Shown: positions 9,959 to 18,589 of the stretch, one piece after another
Layout of the letters: each line of letters starts with the position of its first letter
Numbering within the stretch: the stretch's first letter is position 1
Source of the DNA: Actinomycetota bacterium
Lineage (GTDB): Bacteria > Actinomycetota > Thermoleophilia > Gaiellales > Gaiellaceae
Length of the DNA: 39,406 nucleotides
Assembly: GCA_020029625.1 (NCBI GenBank)
Contig: JAIBJP010000013.1
Location: forward strand, 1-39,406
Direction: 5' to 3'
Notes under the pieces: generated by a model
What the model was told of the DNA's origin: nothing
The model's database searches: none
What the model saw: the letters and a program-made list of their open reading frames with translations, nothing else
Translations under genes and position numbers: made by a program

Positions 9959-10726
9959 ATGCAGGGCTTCGTGTTCGAGATAGGCAACAGCCTGCGCGAA
10001 GCCCGGCTTCGCCAGGGGTTTGAGTTGCCCCGGGCGGAGGCGGACACCAAGATTCGCGCGAAGTACCTCAGGGCCCTCGAAGAGGAGCATTTCGAGGTGC
10101 TGCCCGGGGAAACGTACGTCAAGGGCTTCCTGCGCACCTACTCCGAGTATCTCGGGCTCGACGGCCAGCTCTACGTCGACGAGTACAACTCTCGCTTCGC
10201 TCGGGAGGAGGAGTTCCCGGTCCAGTCCCCGGCTGCGCGACAGCCCCGCGCGCGGCGCATGGAATCGAACTTCGTCGTCGTCGCCCTCGCCGGGATCGTG
10301 GCGGTCACGATCCTGGTCGTTGTCGCGTGGAAGTTCGGCTCGAGCGGAGCAAGCACGAGCGCCAATCTGCTCACCGACGACACTCCTGCGACCTCCCAGC
10401 AAGCGCCGACGACTGCGACCGAAACACAAGAGAGGGCGCCTTCACAGCCAGTCCAGCGGCTCGCCAGGCTCGTCCTCAACGCCGTCGGAGGAGATTGTTG
10501 GCTTCGGGTGCGCTCAGGCTCGGCCACCGGCGAGCTCCTGTACGAGGGGACGCTCCAACAGGGCCAGGCCCAGCGCTTCGCCAAGTGGAAGCGGCTCTGG
10601 ATCCAGCTTGGCGCGCCTGTCTATCTCCAGGCGAAGCTGAACGGCCACCGCGTGAAGAACTTCCCGACGAGCCCGTCCGTCGTCGCCGTGACGGCGAAGG
10701 GCGTCCGGGTCGTCTCCACCGCGTAG
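9959..10726 (+). CDS. RodZ-like helix-turn-helix membrane protein (HTH + TM + DUF4115-like C-terminus)
   Basis: IGNSLREARLRQGFELPRAEADTKIRAKYLRALEEEHFEVLPGETYVKGFLRTYSEYLGLD matches the RodZ N-terminal HTH region. A TM helix follows (FVVVALAGIVAVTILVVVAW), then a beta-rich C-terminus. The start at ATG 9959 is chosen over 9893. Confidence 0.8.
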   Translation: MQGFVFEIGNSLREARLRQGFELPRAEADTKIRAKYLRALEEEHFEVLPGETYVKGFLRTYSEYLGLDGQLYVDEYNSRFAREEEFPVQSPAARQPRARRMESNFVVVALAGIVAVTILVVVAWKFGSSGASTSANLLTDDTPATSQQAPTTATETQERAPSQPVQRLARLVLNAVGGDCWLRVRSGSATGELLYEGTLQQGQAQRFAKWKRLWIQLGAPVYLQAKLNGHRVKNFPTSPSVVAVTAKGVRVVSTA

Positions 10727-12016
10727 TTGCCGACGAATGCCCGGGCCGTCGTCGTCGTCACCGGCAGTGAGCTCGTGCGCGGGGACCGCCGCGACGCCAA
10801 CGGTCCCTTCCTGGCCACCCAGCTTTCTGGCCGGGGCCTGGAGCCCGCCCGGATCCTGCTGGTAGGCGACCGGCCGGAGGAGCTCACAGCTGCGCTAGCG
10901 GAGGGCGTCGAGGCCGATTTCTGCCTCGTCTCGGGCGGTCTCGGCCCCACGCACGACGACCGGACCGTCGAGACCCTGGCGACGGTCACCGGCCGGGCCC
11001 TGGTCGTCGACGAGGACCTCGAGCGCGAGATCGAACGAATCTCGCGAGGAGTGGCAGAGCGCCTCGGCCGCCCGTACGCCGATTTCTCGGCCGGGGTCAC
11101 GAAGCAGGCCTCTCTTCCCGAAGGCGCGGTGTCGCTCGGACTGGCGGGCACTGCGCCCGCGCTCCTGCTCGAGCACCACCGCTCGGTGATCGTGCTCCTA
11201 CCGGGTCCGCCCTCCGAGCTGCGCCGGCTCTGGGCGAACGCACTCGAGCATCCCGCCGTGAAAGCCGTCCTCGCTCGAGCCGCCGGCCGGGTTCATCGCG
11301 TTTTGCGCTTCTTCGGGCCGAGCGAGTCGGCTGTCGCCAGCTCGCTTGCAGAGGCCGGGGGAGAGCTGGACGGCGTCGAGGTGACGGTCTGCGCACGCGA
11401 CCTCGAGATCCACGTCGACATCTTCGCCGAGGCCGGCGGCGAGGACCGCGCCGAGGACCTGGACGAAGCCCTGAGGGCCTCGTTTTTGGACAGTCTTTTC
11501 GCCGTCGACGACGAGCGCGCCGTGGAGGAGCTCGTGCTCGAGAGCACTCGGGTCGCAGGGCTCACGCTCGCGACGGCCGAGTCGTGTACGGGCGGGCTCG
11601 TCGGGGCGCGGCTGACGGACGTTCCAGGCGCGAGCCAGGCCTATCTCGGAGGAGTGATCGCATATTCCGACAAGGCGAAGCGAGCGGAGCTCGACGTGCC
11701 GGAGAAGATCCTGCTCAACCACGGCGCGGTCTCGGAGGAGACCGCAGCAGCCATGGCCGCCGGGGCGCGGCGCCGCTTTGAAGCGGACGTCGCGGTCGCG
11801 GTCACCGGGATCGCGGGGCCAGGCGGAGGAACACCCGAGAAGCCCGTCGGCCTGGTCTTCATCTCCGTGGAGTCTCCGGAAGGCGCCTCGACGCGGAGGT
11901 TCGAGCTGCCAGGAGACCGGGAAGCCGTGCGCTCGCGAGCGACGGGGCTGGCCCTGCACATGCTGAGGCGCGTTCTGGCGCAGTCCGGGACACCCGCGCG
12001 CACAAGCGGAAGCTAG
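10727..12016 (+). CDS. cinA: Competence/damage-inducible protein CinA (MoCF-binding domain + nicotinamide-nucleotide amidohydrolase domain)
   Basis: N-terminal VVVTGSELVRGDRRDANGPFLA is MoCF-like. The C-terminal half ...TLATAESCTGGLVGARLTDVPGAS...GVIAYS... is a PncC-type deamidase. TTG start at 10727 is tentative. Confidence 0.87.
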   Translation: MPTNARAVVVVTGSELVRGDRRDANGPFLATQLSGRGLEPARILLVGDRPEELTAALAEGVEADFCLVSGGLGPTHDDRTVETLATVTGRALVVDEDLEREIERISRGVAERLGRPYADFSAGVTKQASLPEGAVSLGLAGTAPALLLEHHRSVIVLLPGPPSELRRLWANALEHPAVKAVLARAAGRVHRVLRFFGPSESAVASSLAEAGGELDGVEVTVCARDLEIHVDIFAEAGGEDRAEDLDEALRASFLDSLFAVDDERAVEELVLESTRVAGLTLATAESCTGGLVGARLTDVPGASQAYLGGVIAYSDKAKRAELDVPEKILLNHGAVSEETAAAMAAGARRRFEADVAVAVTGIAGPGGGTPEKPVGLVFISVESPEGASTRRFELPGDREAVRSRATGLALHMLRRVLAQSGTPARTSGS

Positions 12017-12017
12017 C

Positions 12018-12560
12018 GTGGAGGCCCGTGAACGCCTACGGCTCTTCGTTGCCCTGCTCCTCCCGGACGAAGCGGTCGCCCGCCTCGTGGAGTGGCAGCA
12101 ACGTGAGCTCGGCGGCCGCCCCGACCTCCGGATCGTGCCCGCTGACAATCTCCACGTCACGGTGGCCTTCCTGGGCGGGCGACCGGCGGCCGACCTCGAA
12201 GGGATCGCCAAGGTCGTGCGTGAGACTGCACGTGGGGCCGCTCGACCGGTGCTCGAGCCGGTTCGCTACCAGGAGACCAGGAGCGTCGGAATGATCGCCC
12301 TGAGCGACGAGAACGGTCGCGCGACGAGGCTCGCAGAGCGTCTCTTCGACGGGCTCGAACGCCTACGCGTCTACGAGCGCGAACGGCGCGATTGGCTTCC
12401 ACACGTGACGGTGGTGCGCTTCCGCGAGCGGCCGCGCCTGGCCCCGCCCTTGCCCCTGCTGGGACGGGTAGTGTCGTCCGAGTTGGCGGTCATGATGTCG
12501 CGTCTGCGCCCCAGCGGCGCGCAGTATGAAGTCCTCGAATCGGTTCCGCTAGGAGGTTGA
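12018..12560 (+). CDS. thpR: RNA 2',3'-cyclic phosphodiesterase (2H family, ThpR/LigT)
   Basis: Two HxT motifs are present (LHVTVAFLG and PHVTVVRF). The 180-aa length is typical. GTG start lies 1 nt after the cinA stop. Confidence 0.85.
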   Translation: MEARERLRLFVALLLPDEAVARLVEWQQRELGGRPDLRIVPADNLHVTVAFLGGRPAADLEGIAKVVRETARGAARPVLEPVRYQETRSVGMIALSDENGRATRLAERLFDGLERLRVYERERRDWLPHVTVVRFRERPRLAPPLPLLGRVVSSELAVMMSRLRPSGAQYEVLESVPLGG

Positions 12561-12564
12561 ACGC

Positions 12565-13641
12565 GTGGAGCGCGAGCAAGCACTCGAAGCCGCCCTGAGT
12601 CAGATCGAGCGGCAGTACGGCAAGGGATCGGTCATGAAGATGGGCGACCAGGCCCAGGTTGCGATCCCGTCGATCTCGACAGGGTCGTTCTCGCTCGACA
12701 TCGCTCTGGGCGTCGGCGGCCTGCCCCGTGGACGCATCGTCGAGATCTTCGGCCCGGAGTCGTCCGGGAAGACGACGCTCGTCTACCACGTCATCGCCGA
12801 GGCCCAGCGCCGCGGCGGCATCTGCGCCTTCATCGACGCCGAGCACGCGATGGATCCCACGTATGCGCGGCGGATCGGCATCGACATCGACGACCTGCTC
12901 GTCTCCCAGCCGGACAACGGCGAGCAGGCGCTCGAGATCGCCGAGCTTTTGATCAGGAGCGGCGCCGTCGACGTCGTCGCCGTGGACTCCGTCGCCGCGC
13001 TCACTCCGAAAGCCGAGATCGAGGGCGAGATGGGGGATAGCCATGTCGGCCTCCAAGCGCGGCTCATGAGCCAGGCGTTGCGCAAGCTCGCCGGGACGCT
13101 CAACCGCACCGGCACCGTGGCGATCTTCACCAACCAGCTTCGCGAGAAGATCGGCGTCATGTTCGGCAATCCCGAGACGACGCCGGGCGGACGGGCGCTC
13201 AAGTTCTACTCCTCGATCCGCCTCGACATCCGCCGCATCGAGACGCTCAAGGAGGGCGTAGAGGCGATCGGCAACCGCGTCCGCGTGAAGGTGGTCAAGA
13301 ACAAGGTGGCGCCACCGTTCAAGCAGGCGGAGTTCGACATCATCTACGGCGACGGGATCTCCTGGGAAGGCAGCGTCCTCGACGTCGGACTGGAGCGGAA
13401 GATCGTGCAGAAGTCGGGCTCGTACTTCAGCTATGCCGACGAGAGGCTTGGTCAGGGGCGACAGAACGCGACGGCCTTCCTGCGCGAGCACCCGGACGTC
13501 ACCGAGCAGATCCTGCGCTCCGTCCAGACAGAGCTCGGCCCGGAAGCGGTCGCTTCTTCTCGCCTGCTCCCGGTGGCCGACGACGCCGTCGCGCCGGCGA
13601 AGGCCGAGGAAGAGGCGAGTGAAGTCGCCTCCACCGCCTAA
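12565..13641 (+). CDS. recA: Recombinase RecA
   Basis: [22 protein letters not shown]..., Walker [10 protein letters not shown] and FIDAEHA are unmistakable RecA features. AGGAGG lies 8 nt upstream of the GTG, inside the thpR 3' end. No intein. Confidence 0.98.
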   Translation: MEREQALEAALSQIERQYGKGSVMKMGDQAQVAIPSISTGSFSLDIALGVGGLPRGRIVEIFGPESSGKTTLVYHVIAEAQRRGGICAFIDAEHAMDPTYARRIGIDIDDLLVSQPDNGEQALEIAELLIRSGAVDVVAVDSVAALTPKAEIEGEMGDSHVGLQARLMSQALRKLAGTLNRTGTVAIFTNQLREKIGVMFGNPETTPGGRALKFYSSIRLDIRRIETLKEGVEAIGNRVRVKVVKNKVAPPFKQAEFDIIYGDGISWEGSVLDVGLERKIVQKSGSYFSYADERLGQGRQNATAFLREHPDVTEQILRSVQTELGPEAVASSRLLPVADDAVAPAKAEEEASEVASTA

Positions 13642-14233
13642 GTTAACCGCCCTGCGCAGAGTCCGGCCGGGCACAGTCCTCCTCGAACTGGACGGCGAGC
13701 CGTGGCGTGCCGTGTCGGACGAGGTCGTGGTGAGGTGTGGCCTCAGTGCCGGCGTCGAGCTCGACCGGCCATTCCTGCGCCTGCTGCGCCGTGAGCTCCG
13801 CCGGGCCGAGGCGCTCGACCTGGCCGGGCGTACGCTGCGGCGGCGGGATCTTTCTGTTCGGCGCCTCTCCGAGCGCCTCGAGCGCGCGGGAGTCGCGCCT
13901 GCTGCCGAGCGAAGCGCCCTGCTCGCATTGTCGGAGGCGCGGATCGTGGACGACGCGCGCCTGGCGGACAGCCGGGCGGCGACGCTTGCCGAGCGCGGGT
14001 GGGGAAATGTGGCAATCACAGCCCGCCTTGAAGCGGAAGGGATCCCAGAGGCCGACGCGGGCTCCGCAATCGCCAAGCTGGAGCCGGAAGCGCCGCGTGC
14101 GGCACGGGCCGCAGCAGCCGTGAGCGATCCGCGGAAAGCATGGGCGCTGCTCGCGCGGCGGGGTTTCGACGAGGAGACGATCGAGGCAGTCGTCGAAACG
14201 CTGGACGAGAAGACCCGCGGCGGGCTAGGATAG
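13619..14233 (+). CDS. recX: Recombination regulator RecX
   Basis: GTG at 13619 overlaps the recA 3' end by 23 nt, as is common for recA-recX. The protein is helical and Arg/Ala-rich with repeated ~50-aa modules (...[19 protein letters not shown]...). Confidence 0.82.
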   Translation: MKSPPPPKLTALRRVRPGTVLLELDGEPWRAVSDEVVVRCGLSAGVELDRPFLRLLRRELRRAEALDLAGRTLRRRDLSVRRLSERLERAGVAPAAERSALLALSEARIVDDARLADSRAATLAERGWGNVAITARLEAEGIPEADAGSAIAKLEPEAPRAARAAAAVSDPRKAWALLARRGFDEETIEAVVETLDEKTRGGLG

Positions 14234-14432
14234 CTCCAAAGAAGTCACTATCAAACCGCCTGCAAGACACGGTTTTTCGCCGAATCGGACCACACAAACC
14301 CTCGACCACGACAACCTGATCATGCGGCACAGCGACACGGAGGACGGCTCGCACTCAGGCCGATAGGCCGGCTTTCGCGTCGCACCCGATCCGACGACGC
14401 CGTTCCTACGGGCGACGATGTAGGAGCGACCA

Positions 14433-15965
14433 ATGCAGCTTGGAATCGGCGTACTGGTCGGCCTCGCAGCCGGTCTCCTCGTCGCCGTGCTCGGCCTTCG
14501 ACTCTTCATGGGGCGTCGCCTGGGCGCTGCCCGCGTCGAGCAGGCGCGTCTCACCGGAGAGGCGAAGCGGTCGGCCGAGTCAGTCCGGCGAGAGGCAGAG
14601 CTCGAGGCGAAGGAGCAAGCGCTCAAGCTCCGCGCGGACCTGGAACACGAGCTCCGGGACCGGCGCGCGCAGATCGTGAAGATCGAGGAGCGCGTCCTCG
14701 CCAAGGAAGAGGACATCGATCGGAAGCTCACCGAATTCGACCGGCGCGAGCAGGGCTTCGCTGACCGCGAGACGCACCTGAAACAGCTACAGGAGGAGCT
14801 CAAGCTCGCCACCGACGGCCAGCTGAAGGAGCTCGAACGCATCTCCGGGATGACGGTGGACGAAGCGAAACGGCACCTGCTCGAGCGCTCAGAAGAGCTC
14901 GTCCGGCACGAGATGGCCCGCATGGTGCGGCAGATGGAGGAGGAGGCCCGCACGGAGGCCAAGCGCCGCGCGCGCAACCTCGTCGCAGACGCCCTTCAGC
15001 GCGTGGCGGCGAGCCACGCTGCCGAGACGACCGTCTCCATCGTCGAGCTTCCGTCTGACGACATGAAAGGCCGGATCATCGGCCGCGAGGGCCGGAACAT
15101 CCGCGCCCTCGAGAACCTCACCGGGGTCGACTTCATCATCGACGACACGCCCCAAGCGGTGGTCCTCTCGTCCTTCGACGGCGTCAGGCGCGAAGTGGCG
15201 AAGCTCACGCTTGCGAAGCTCGTGGAGGACGGGCGCATTCATCCGTCTCGGATCGAGGAGATGTACTACCAGTCCAAGGCGGAGATCGAGGAGCACATCC
15301 GGCAGGCCGGAGAGCAGGCCGTTTTCGAGGCGAACTGCGGGAAGATGCACGACGAGCTCGTGAAGCTGCTCGGGCGCCTTCGCTACCGGACGAGCTACGG
15401 CCAGAACATCCTCAAGCACTCGCTCGAGTGCGCCCACCTCGCCGGGATCATGGCTGCGGAGCTCGGCGCCAGCGTCAAGAACGCGAAGCGGGCGGCTCTC
15501 CTCCACGACGTCGGCAAGGCGATGACGCACGAGGTCGAGGGCTCGCACGCGCTCATCTCCGCCCAGCAGGCGAAGCGCTACGGGGAGTCCCAGCACGTCG
15601 TACACGCCGTCGAAGCGCACCACTACGAGGTGCAGCCCCAGACGGTCGAGGCGGTGCTCGTCATCGCCGCCGACGCGATCTCGGCTTCCCGTCCGGGCGC
15701 CCGCGGCGAGAACCTCGAGAGCTACATCAAGCGGCTCGAGACGCTCGAGAAGATCGCCGGCGAGAAGAAGGGTGTCGAGCGGGTCTTCGCCCTCCAGGCC
15801 GGCCGCGAGATCCGCGTCATGGTCAAGCCCACTGAGGTGGACGACGACACGGCGGTGCTCCTCTCCCACGAGATCGCGCGGGAGATCGAGGACCAGCTCG
15901 AGTATCCGGGCCAGATCAAGGTGACGGTGATCCGGGAGAGCCGGGCGACCGAGTTTGCGAAGTAG
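14433..15965 (+). CDS. rny: Ribonuclease Y
   Basis: N-terminal TM helix, Glu/Lys/Arg-rich coiled coil, KH domain (GRIIGREGRNIRALE) and HD domain (LLHDVGKA). AGGAG lies 8 nt upstream of the ATG. Confidence 0.96.
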   Translation: MQLGIGVLVGLAAGLLVAVLGLRLFMGRRLGAARVEQARLTGEAKRSAESVRREAELEAKEQALKLRADLEHELRDRRAQIVKIEERVLAKEEDIDRKLTEFDRREQGFADRETHLKQLQEELKLATDGQLKELERISGMTVDEAKRHLLERSEELVRHEMARMVRQMEEEARTEAKRRARNLVADALQRVAASHAAETTVSIVELPSDDMKGRIIGREGRNIRALENLTGVDFIIDDTPQAVVLSSFDGVRREVAKLTLAKLVEDGRIHPSRIEEMYYQSKAEIEEHIRQAGEQAVFEANCGKMHDELVKLLGRLRYRTSYGQNILKHSLECAHLAGIMAAELGASVKNAKRAALLHDVGKAMTHEVEGSHALISAQQAKRYGESQHVVHAVEAHHYEVQPQTVEAVLVIAADAISASRPGARGENLESYIKRLETLEKIAGEKKGVERVFALQAGREIRVMVKPTEVDDDTAVLLSHEIAREIEDQLEYPGQIKVTVIRESRATEFAK

Positions 15966-16106
15966 CTAGGGGGCTTGGCGGAACGTCGCTCGTCGCCGGG
16001 ACGCGCGGGTCGTTCCGAGGCAAGGACGCAGGGAGCCCTCGTATCGACTTTAGATACGGGGGCGACCGAGGACACAGCCTCGGGGCGAGCGGCGCGCCTC
16101 CGGCGG
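15966..16106 (+). repeat. Unclassified non-coding, probably structured repeat element, copy A (candidate ncRNA or cis-leader)
   Basis: It fills the whole rny-miaB spacer. By hand alignment it has ~6 differences over ~105 nt, plus a 25/25-identical second block, to the reverse complement of 31765..31918. It contains a 10-bp hairpin (16036-16045/16053-16062) and a second hairpin at 16066-16083. Confidence 0.6.
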
Positions 16107-16115
16107 AGTGGCCGT

Positions 16116-17441
16116 GTGAAGAGCTACTTCGTGACCACGTTCGGATGCCAGATGAACGCTCACGATTCGGAGCGGATCAAGGGGATGCTCGAGTCGCTCG
16201 GCCTGGGGGAGGCGCATTCGCAGGACGACGCCGACGTGATCGTCTTCAACACGTGCACCGTGCGCGAGAAGCCCGACCAGCGCTTCGCGGCTCACCTCGC
16301 TCAGGCGGCCGCGCTCAAGCGCGCGGACCCGGAGCGGGTCATCGCCGTCGGCGGCTGCTATGCGGAGGCGCAGCGAGAGCGAATCTTCGAGCGCTATCCG
16401 TATGTGGACGTTGCGTTCGGGCCGGGGTCGATCCCGCACCTCGGGGACTGGATCGGGGCCGGTGGTGTCGGCGTGGCGAGAGGCAGGTTTGGCCTCGAAG
16501 AGAGAAGTTTCGCGGCGCAGCTCCCGTCCCACCGGCAGCGTCCAGTTCAGGCGTGGGTGCAGGTCTCGATGGGCTGCAACTCGGTCTGCTCCTACTGCAT
16601 CGTCCCCGCCGTCCGGGGCCGAGAGGTCAGCCGCCCGCCGGGCGACATCGTGGCCGAGGTGACGCAACTCGCGTCCGAGGGGGTCCGCGAAGTCACGCTG
16701 CTCGGCCAGAACGTCAACTCCTGGGGGCGCGATCTCCTGCCCGATGTCCGGACGGACTTCGGTGAGCTGCTGCGCGCCGTCGACGCGGTTCCCGGAATCG
16801 AGCGGATTCGCTTCACGAGCCCACACCCGAAGGATTTCCGCGACCCCGTGCTCGCCGCGATGGCCGAATGCGAGGCAGTGTGCGAGCACACGCATCTGCC
16901 GCTCCAGTCGGGCTCGACCCGCGTCCTGAAGGCGATGCGGCGGACCTACGGACGCGAGCGCTACCTCGCGCTCGTCGACAAGCTGCGCGCGGCGATCCCC
17001 GACCTGGCGCTCACGACCGACGTCATCGTCGGTTTCCCCGGCGAGAGCGAAGTCGACTTCCGGGAAACGCTCGAGGTCGTCGAGGAAGTTCGCTACGACG
17101 GCGCCTTCACGTTCGTCTTCAGCCCGCGGCGAGGGACCGAGGCGGCGCGCATGCCCGACCAGGTTCCCGAGGAGACCAAGCGGGAGCGAATCGAGCGCCT
17201 GGTCGAGCTCGTCCAACGAATTGCAGCGGAGCGCAACCGTGAGCGGATCGGTCGTTTCGAAGAGGTGCTGGTCGAAGGAGCGAGCCGAACCGATTCCTCG
17301 CTGCTCCGCGGAAGGACGCGCAGGAACACGACCGTGAACTTCAGCGGCTCGGCGCGGGCGGGTGATCTGGTTCGGGTGGAAATCGAGGGCGCGACGTCGA
17401 CGACGCTCCGTGGAACGCAGGCCGCCCTCGTGGCCGCCTGA
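16116..17441 (+). CDS. miaB: tRNA-2-methylthio-N6-dimethylallyladenosine synthase MiaB (radical SAM methylthiotransferase)
   Basis: VKSYFVTTFGCQMNAHDSE is a typical N-terminus with the UPF0004 cysteines. Radical-SAM CNSVCSYC motif and a C-terminal TRAM domain are present. The GTG at 16116 is preferred; the longer ORF start at 15975 runs through the repeat. Confidence 0.92.
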   Translation: MKSYFVTTFGCQMNAHDSERIKGMLESLGLGEAHSQDDADVIVFNTCTVREKPDQRFAAHLAQAAALKRADPERVIAVGGCYAEAQRERIFERYPYVDVAFGPGSIPHLGDWIGAGGVGVARGRFGLEERSFAAQLPSHRQRPVQAWVQVSMGCNSVCSYCIVPAVRGREVSRPPGDIVAEVTQLASEGVREVTLLGQNVNSWGRDLLPDVRTDFGELLRAVDAVPGIERIRFTSPHPKDFRDPVLAAMAECEAVCEHTHLPLQSGSTRVLKAMRRTYGRERYLALVDKLRAAIPDLALTTDVIVGFPGESEVDFRETLEVVEEVRYDGAFTFVFSPRRGTEAARMPDQVPEETKRERIERLVELVQRIAAERNRERIGRFEEVLVEGASRTDSSLLRGRTRRNTTVNFSGSARAGDLVRVEIEGATSTTLRGTQAALVAA

Positions 17442-17526
17442 CACAGACTCGGCGCACTCCGTCCACCATGCGTGAGCTCACCCGGGTTACGCTCAAAGCG
17501 GGTGGAGGCACGGGGTGGCCCCAGAC

Positions 17527-18495
17527 ATGACCGAGGTGAATCATCCGATTCTGGCCATCTTCGGGCCCACGGCGAGCGGGAAATCGGCTGTCGCCGAGGC
17601 CGTCGCCGACCGCATCCCCGCCGAGATCGTCTCCGCCGACTCGATGCAGGTCTACCGGGGGCTACCGGTCCTCACCAACCAGCCCACTCGGCCCACCCGT
17701 CTCGTGGCCATCTGGGAGCTCGACCACGACGCCTCGGTCGGCGAGTATGCGGAGCTGGCTCATCAGGCCGTTGACGAGGCGCTCACAGAGGGAATCACCC
17801 CGCTCGTGGTCGGCGGCACCGGCCTCTATCTCCGCGCCGCGCTGGTCGATCTCGACCTTCCGCCCGCGCCCCCACTCGGCGCGCGACCGCGCTTCGAGGA
17901 ACTCTACGACAGCCTGGGGCCCGAACAAGCGCACGCCCTACTGGTCGAGCGCGACCCGCGCGCGGCCCAGATCGTCCACGCGAACGACCGCAAGCGCGTC
18001 GTTCGTGCGCTCGAGCTGGCCGATGCGGGTGAGAGCCTGGCGCGATCGCCCAGCCGCTTGTGGACACGCGAGACGCGTCATCCGACCCTCGTCTTCGGCC
18101 TCGAGGTTCCGAAGGAAGTCCTCGCCGCGCGCATCGAAGCCCGTGTGCGAGCCATGTTCGAGCATGGGGTGGAGGAGGAAGTGGCACACGCCAGCGCCGG
18201 ATCGCTCTCGAACACCGCCGCACAGGTGATCGGGCTCCGGGAGGTCAGGGAGCTTCCCCGCGAGGAGGCCGGGGCGGCAATCGTCCGCCGCACGCTTCAG
18301 TACGCGGCCTACCAGAGGAAGTGGATGCGGCGCATTCCGGGGCTTATCACGCTCGCCGCCGACCACGCCCCCGCGAGCGTGGCCGAGGCTCTTCTCGCAG
18401 CCGTACGCGAGCGCTTCACCCTTTTGGGGCAGCAAGAAGAAGGTGCCTGCGGCATCAGGAAAGGTGAGGCCGATCACACCGGGCACGCCGTATGA
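17527..18495 (+). CDS. miaA: tRNA dimethylallyltransferase MiaA
   Basis: P-loop ILAIFGPTASGKSAVA, then SADSMQVYRGLPVLTNQP. Start is ATG 17527, with GTG 17515 as an alternative. Confidence 0.9.
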   Translation: MTEVNHPILAIFGPTASGKSAVAEAVADRIPAEIVSADSMQVYRGLPVLTNQPTRPTRLVAIWELDHDASVGEYAELAHQAVDEALTEGITPLVVGGTGLYLRAALVDLDLPPAPPLGARPRFEELYDSLGPEQAHALLVERDPRAAQIVHANDRKRVVRALELADAGESLARSPSRLWTRETRHPTLVFGLEVPKEVLAARIEARVRAMFEHGVEEEVAHASAGSLSNTAAQVIGLREVRELPREEAGAAIVRRTLQYAAYQRKWMRRIPGLITLAADHAPASVAEALLAAVRERFTLLGQQEEGACGIRKGEADHTGHAV

Positions 18496-18538
18496 CTCCT
18501 TCGGCCCGCACGCCAAAGGTCCGGCAGATCGGAAAAAA

Positions 18539-18570
18539 GGGCCCGCCCGGAAGCGGGCCCTTTCTCTTTT
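18539..18570. terminator. Rho-independent terminator, potentially bidirectional
   Basis: GGGCCCGC-ccggaa-GCGGGCCC is an 8-bp GC stem. It is followed by TTTCTCTTTT and preceded by AAAAAA. It lies between miaA and dapF. Confidence 0.8.
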
Positions 18571-18589
18571 CCGTGGCTAGGCTGAAACC

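Noticed and set aside
9951-9961. Shared CGTTACAATG string at the starts of the rodZ-like gene and the Xre antitoxin (39312-39321, minus strand), as a possible common promoter or leaderless signal.
   Set aside because: Two occurrences of a 10-mer are weak evidence. For the rodZ-like gene the next in-frame start (GTG 9971) is 11 nt from the hexamer, which does not fit a leaderless transcript. Only the antitoxin case is retained, as a low-confidence note.
12500-12564. Search for a LexA/SOS box upstream of recA (TCGAATCGGTTCCG at ~12533-12546 looks vaguely like TCGAAC-N4-GTTCGA).
   Set aside because: The half-site spacing is 2 rather than 4 and one half-site is degenerate. recA appears to be co-transcribed with cinA-thpR, so an SOS box may lie elsewhere. 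There is no support for calling one here.
14253-14277. Weak hairpin AAACCG-N11-CGGTTT followed by TTC after recX, as a terminator.
   Set aside because: The stem is only 6 bp and AT-rich, with an 11-nt loop. It is not convincing enough to annotate. The 200-nt recX-rny spacer otherwise showed nothing I could interpret.
15965-16035. The element starts with CUAGGG and contains GGUCGUUCCGAGG and ACGCAGGGAG. This faintly recalls ykkC/guanidine-I conserved segments (CUAGGGUUCCG, GGUCCGAGAG, ACGGCGGGA).
   Set aside because: Spacing and the remaining conserved nucleotides (the AAAAGCCCGGGAGA region) do not match from memory. The gene context (miaB, or no downstream gene) is wrong. The question is left for a formal cmscan.
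15975-16115. N-terminal 47-aa extension of the miaB ORF (MAERRSSPGRAGRSEART...).
   Set aside because: It runs through the repeat element. The homologous copy at 31.8 kb does not preserve the reading frame (1-nt indels and a 10-nt linker difference). MiaB homologues start just before the FGCQMN motif, matching GTG 16116.
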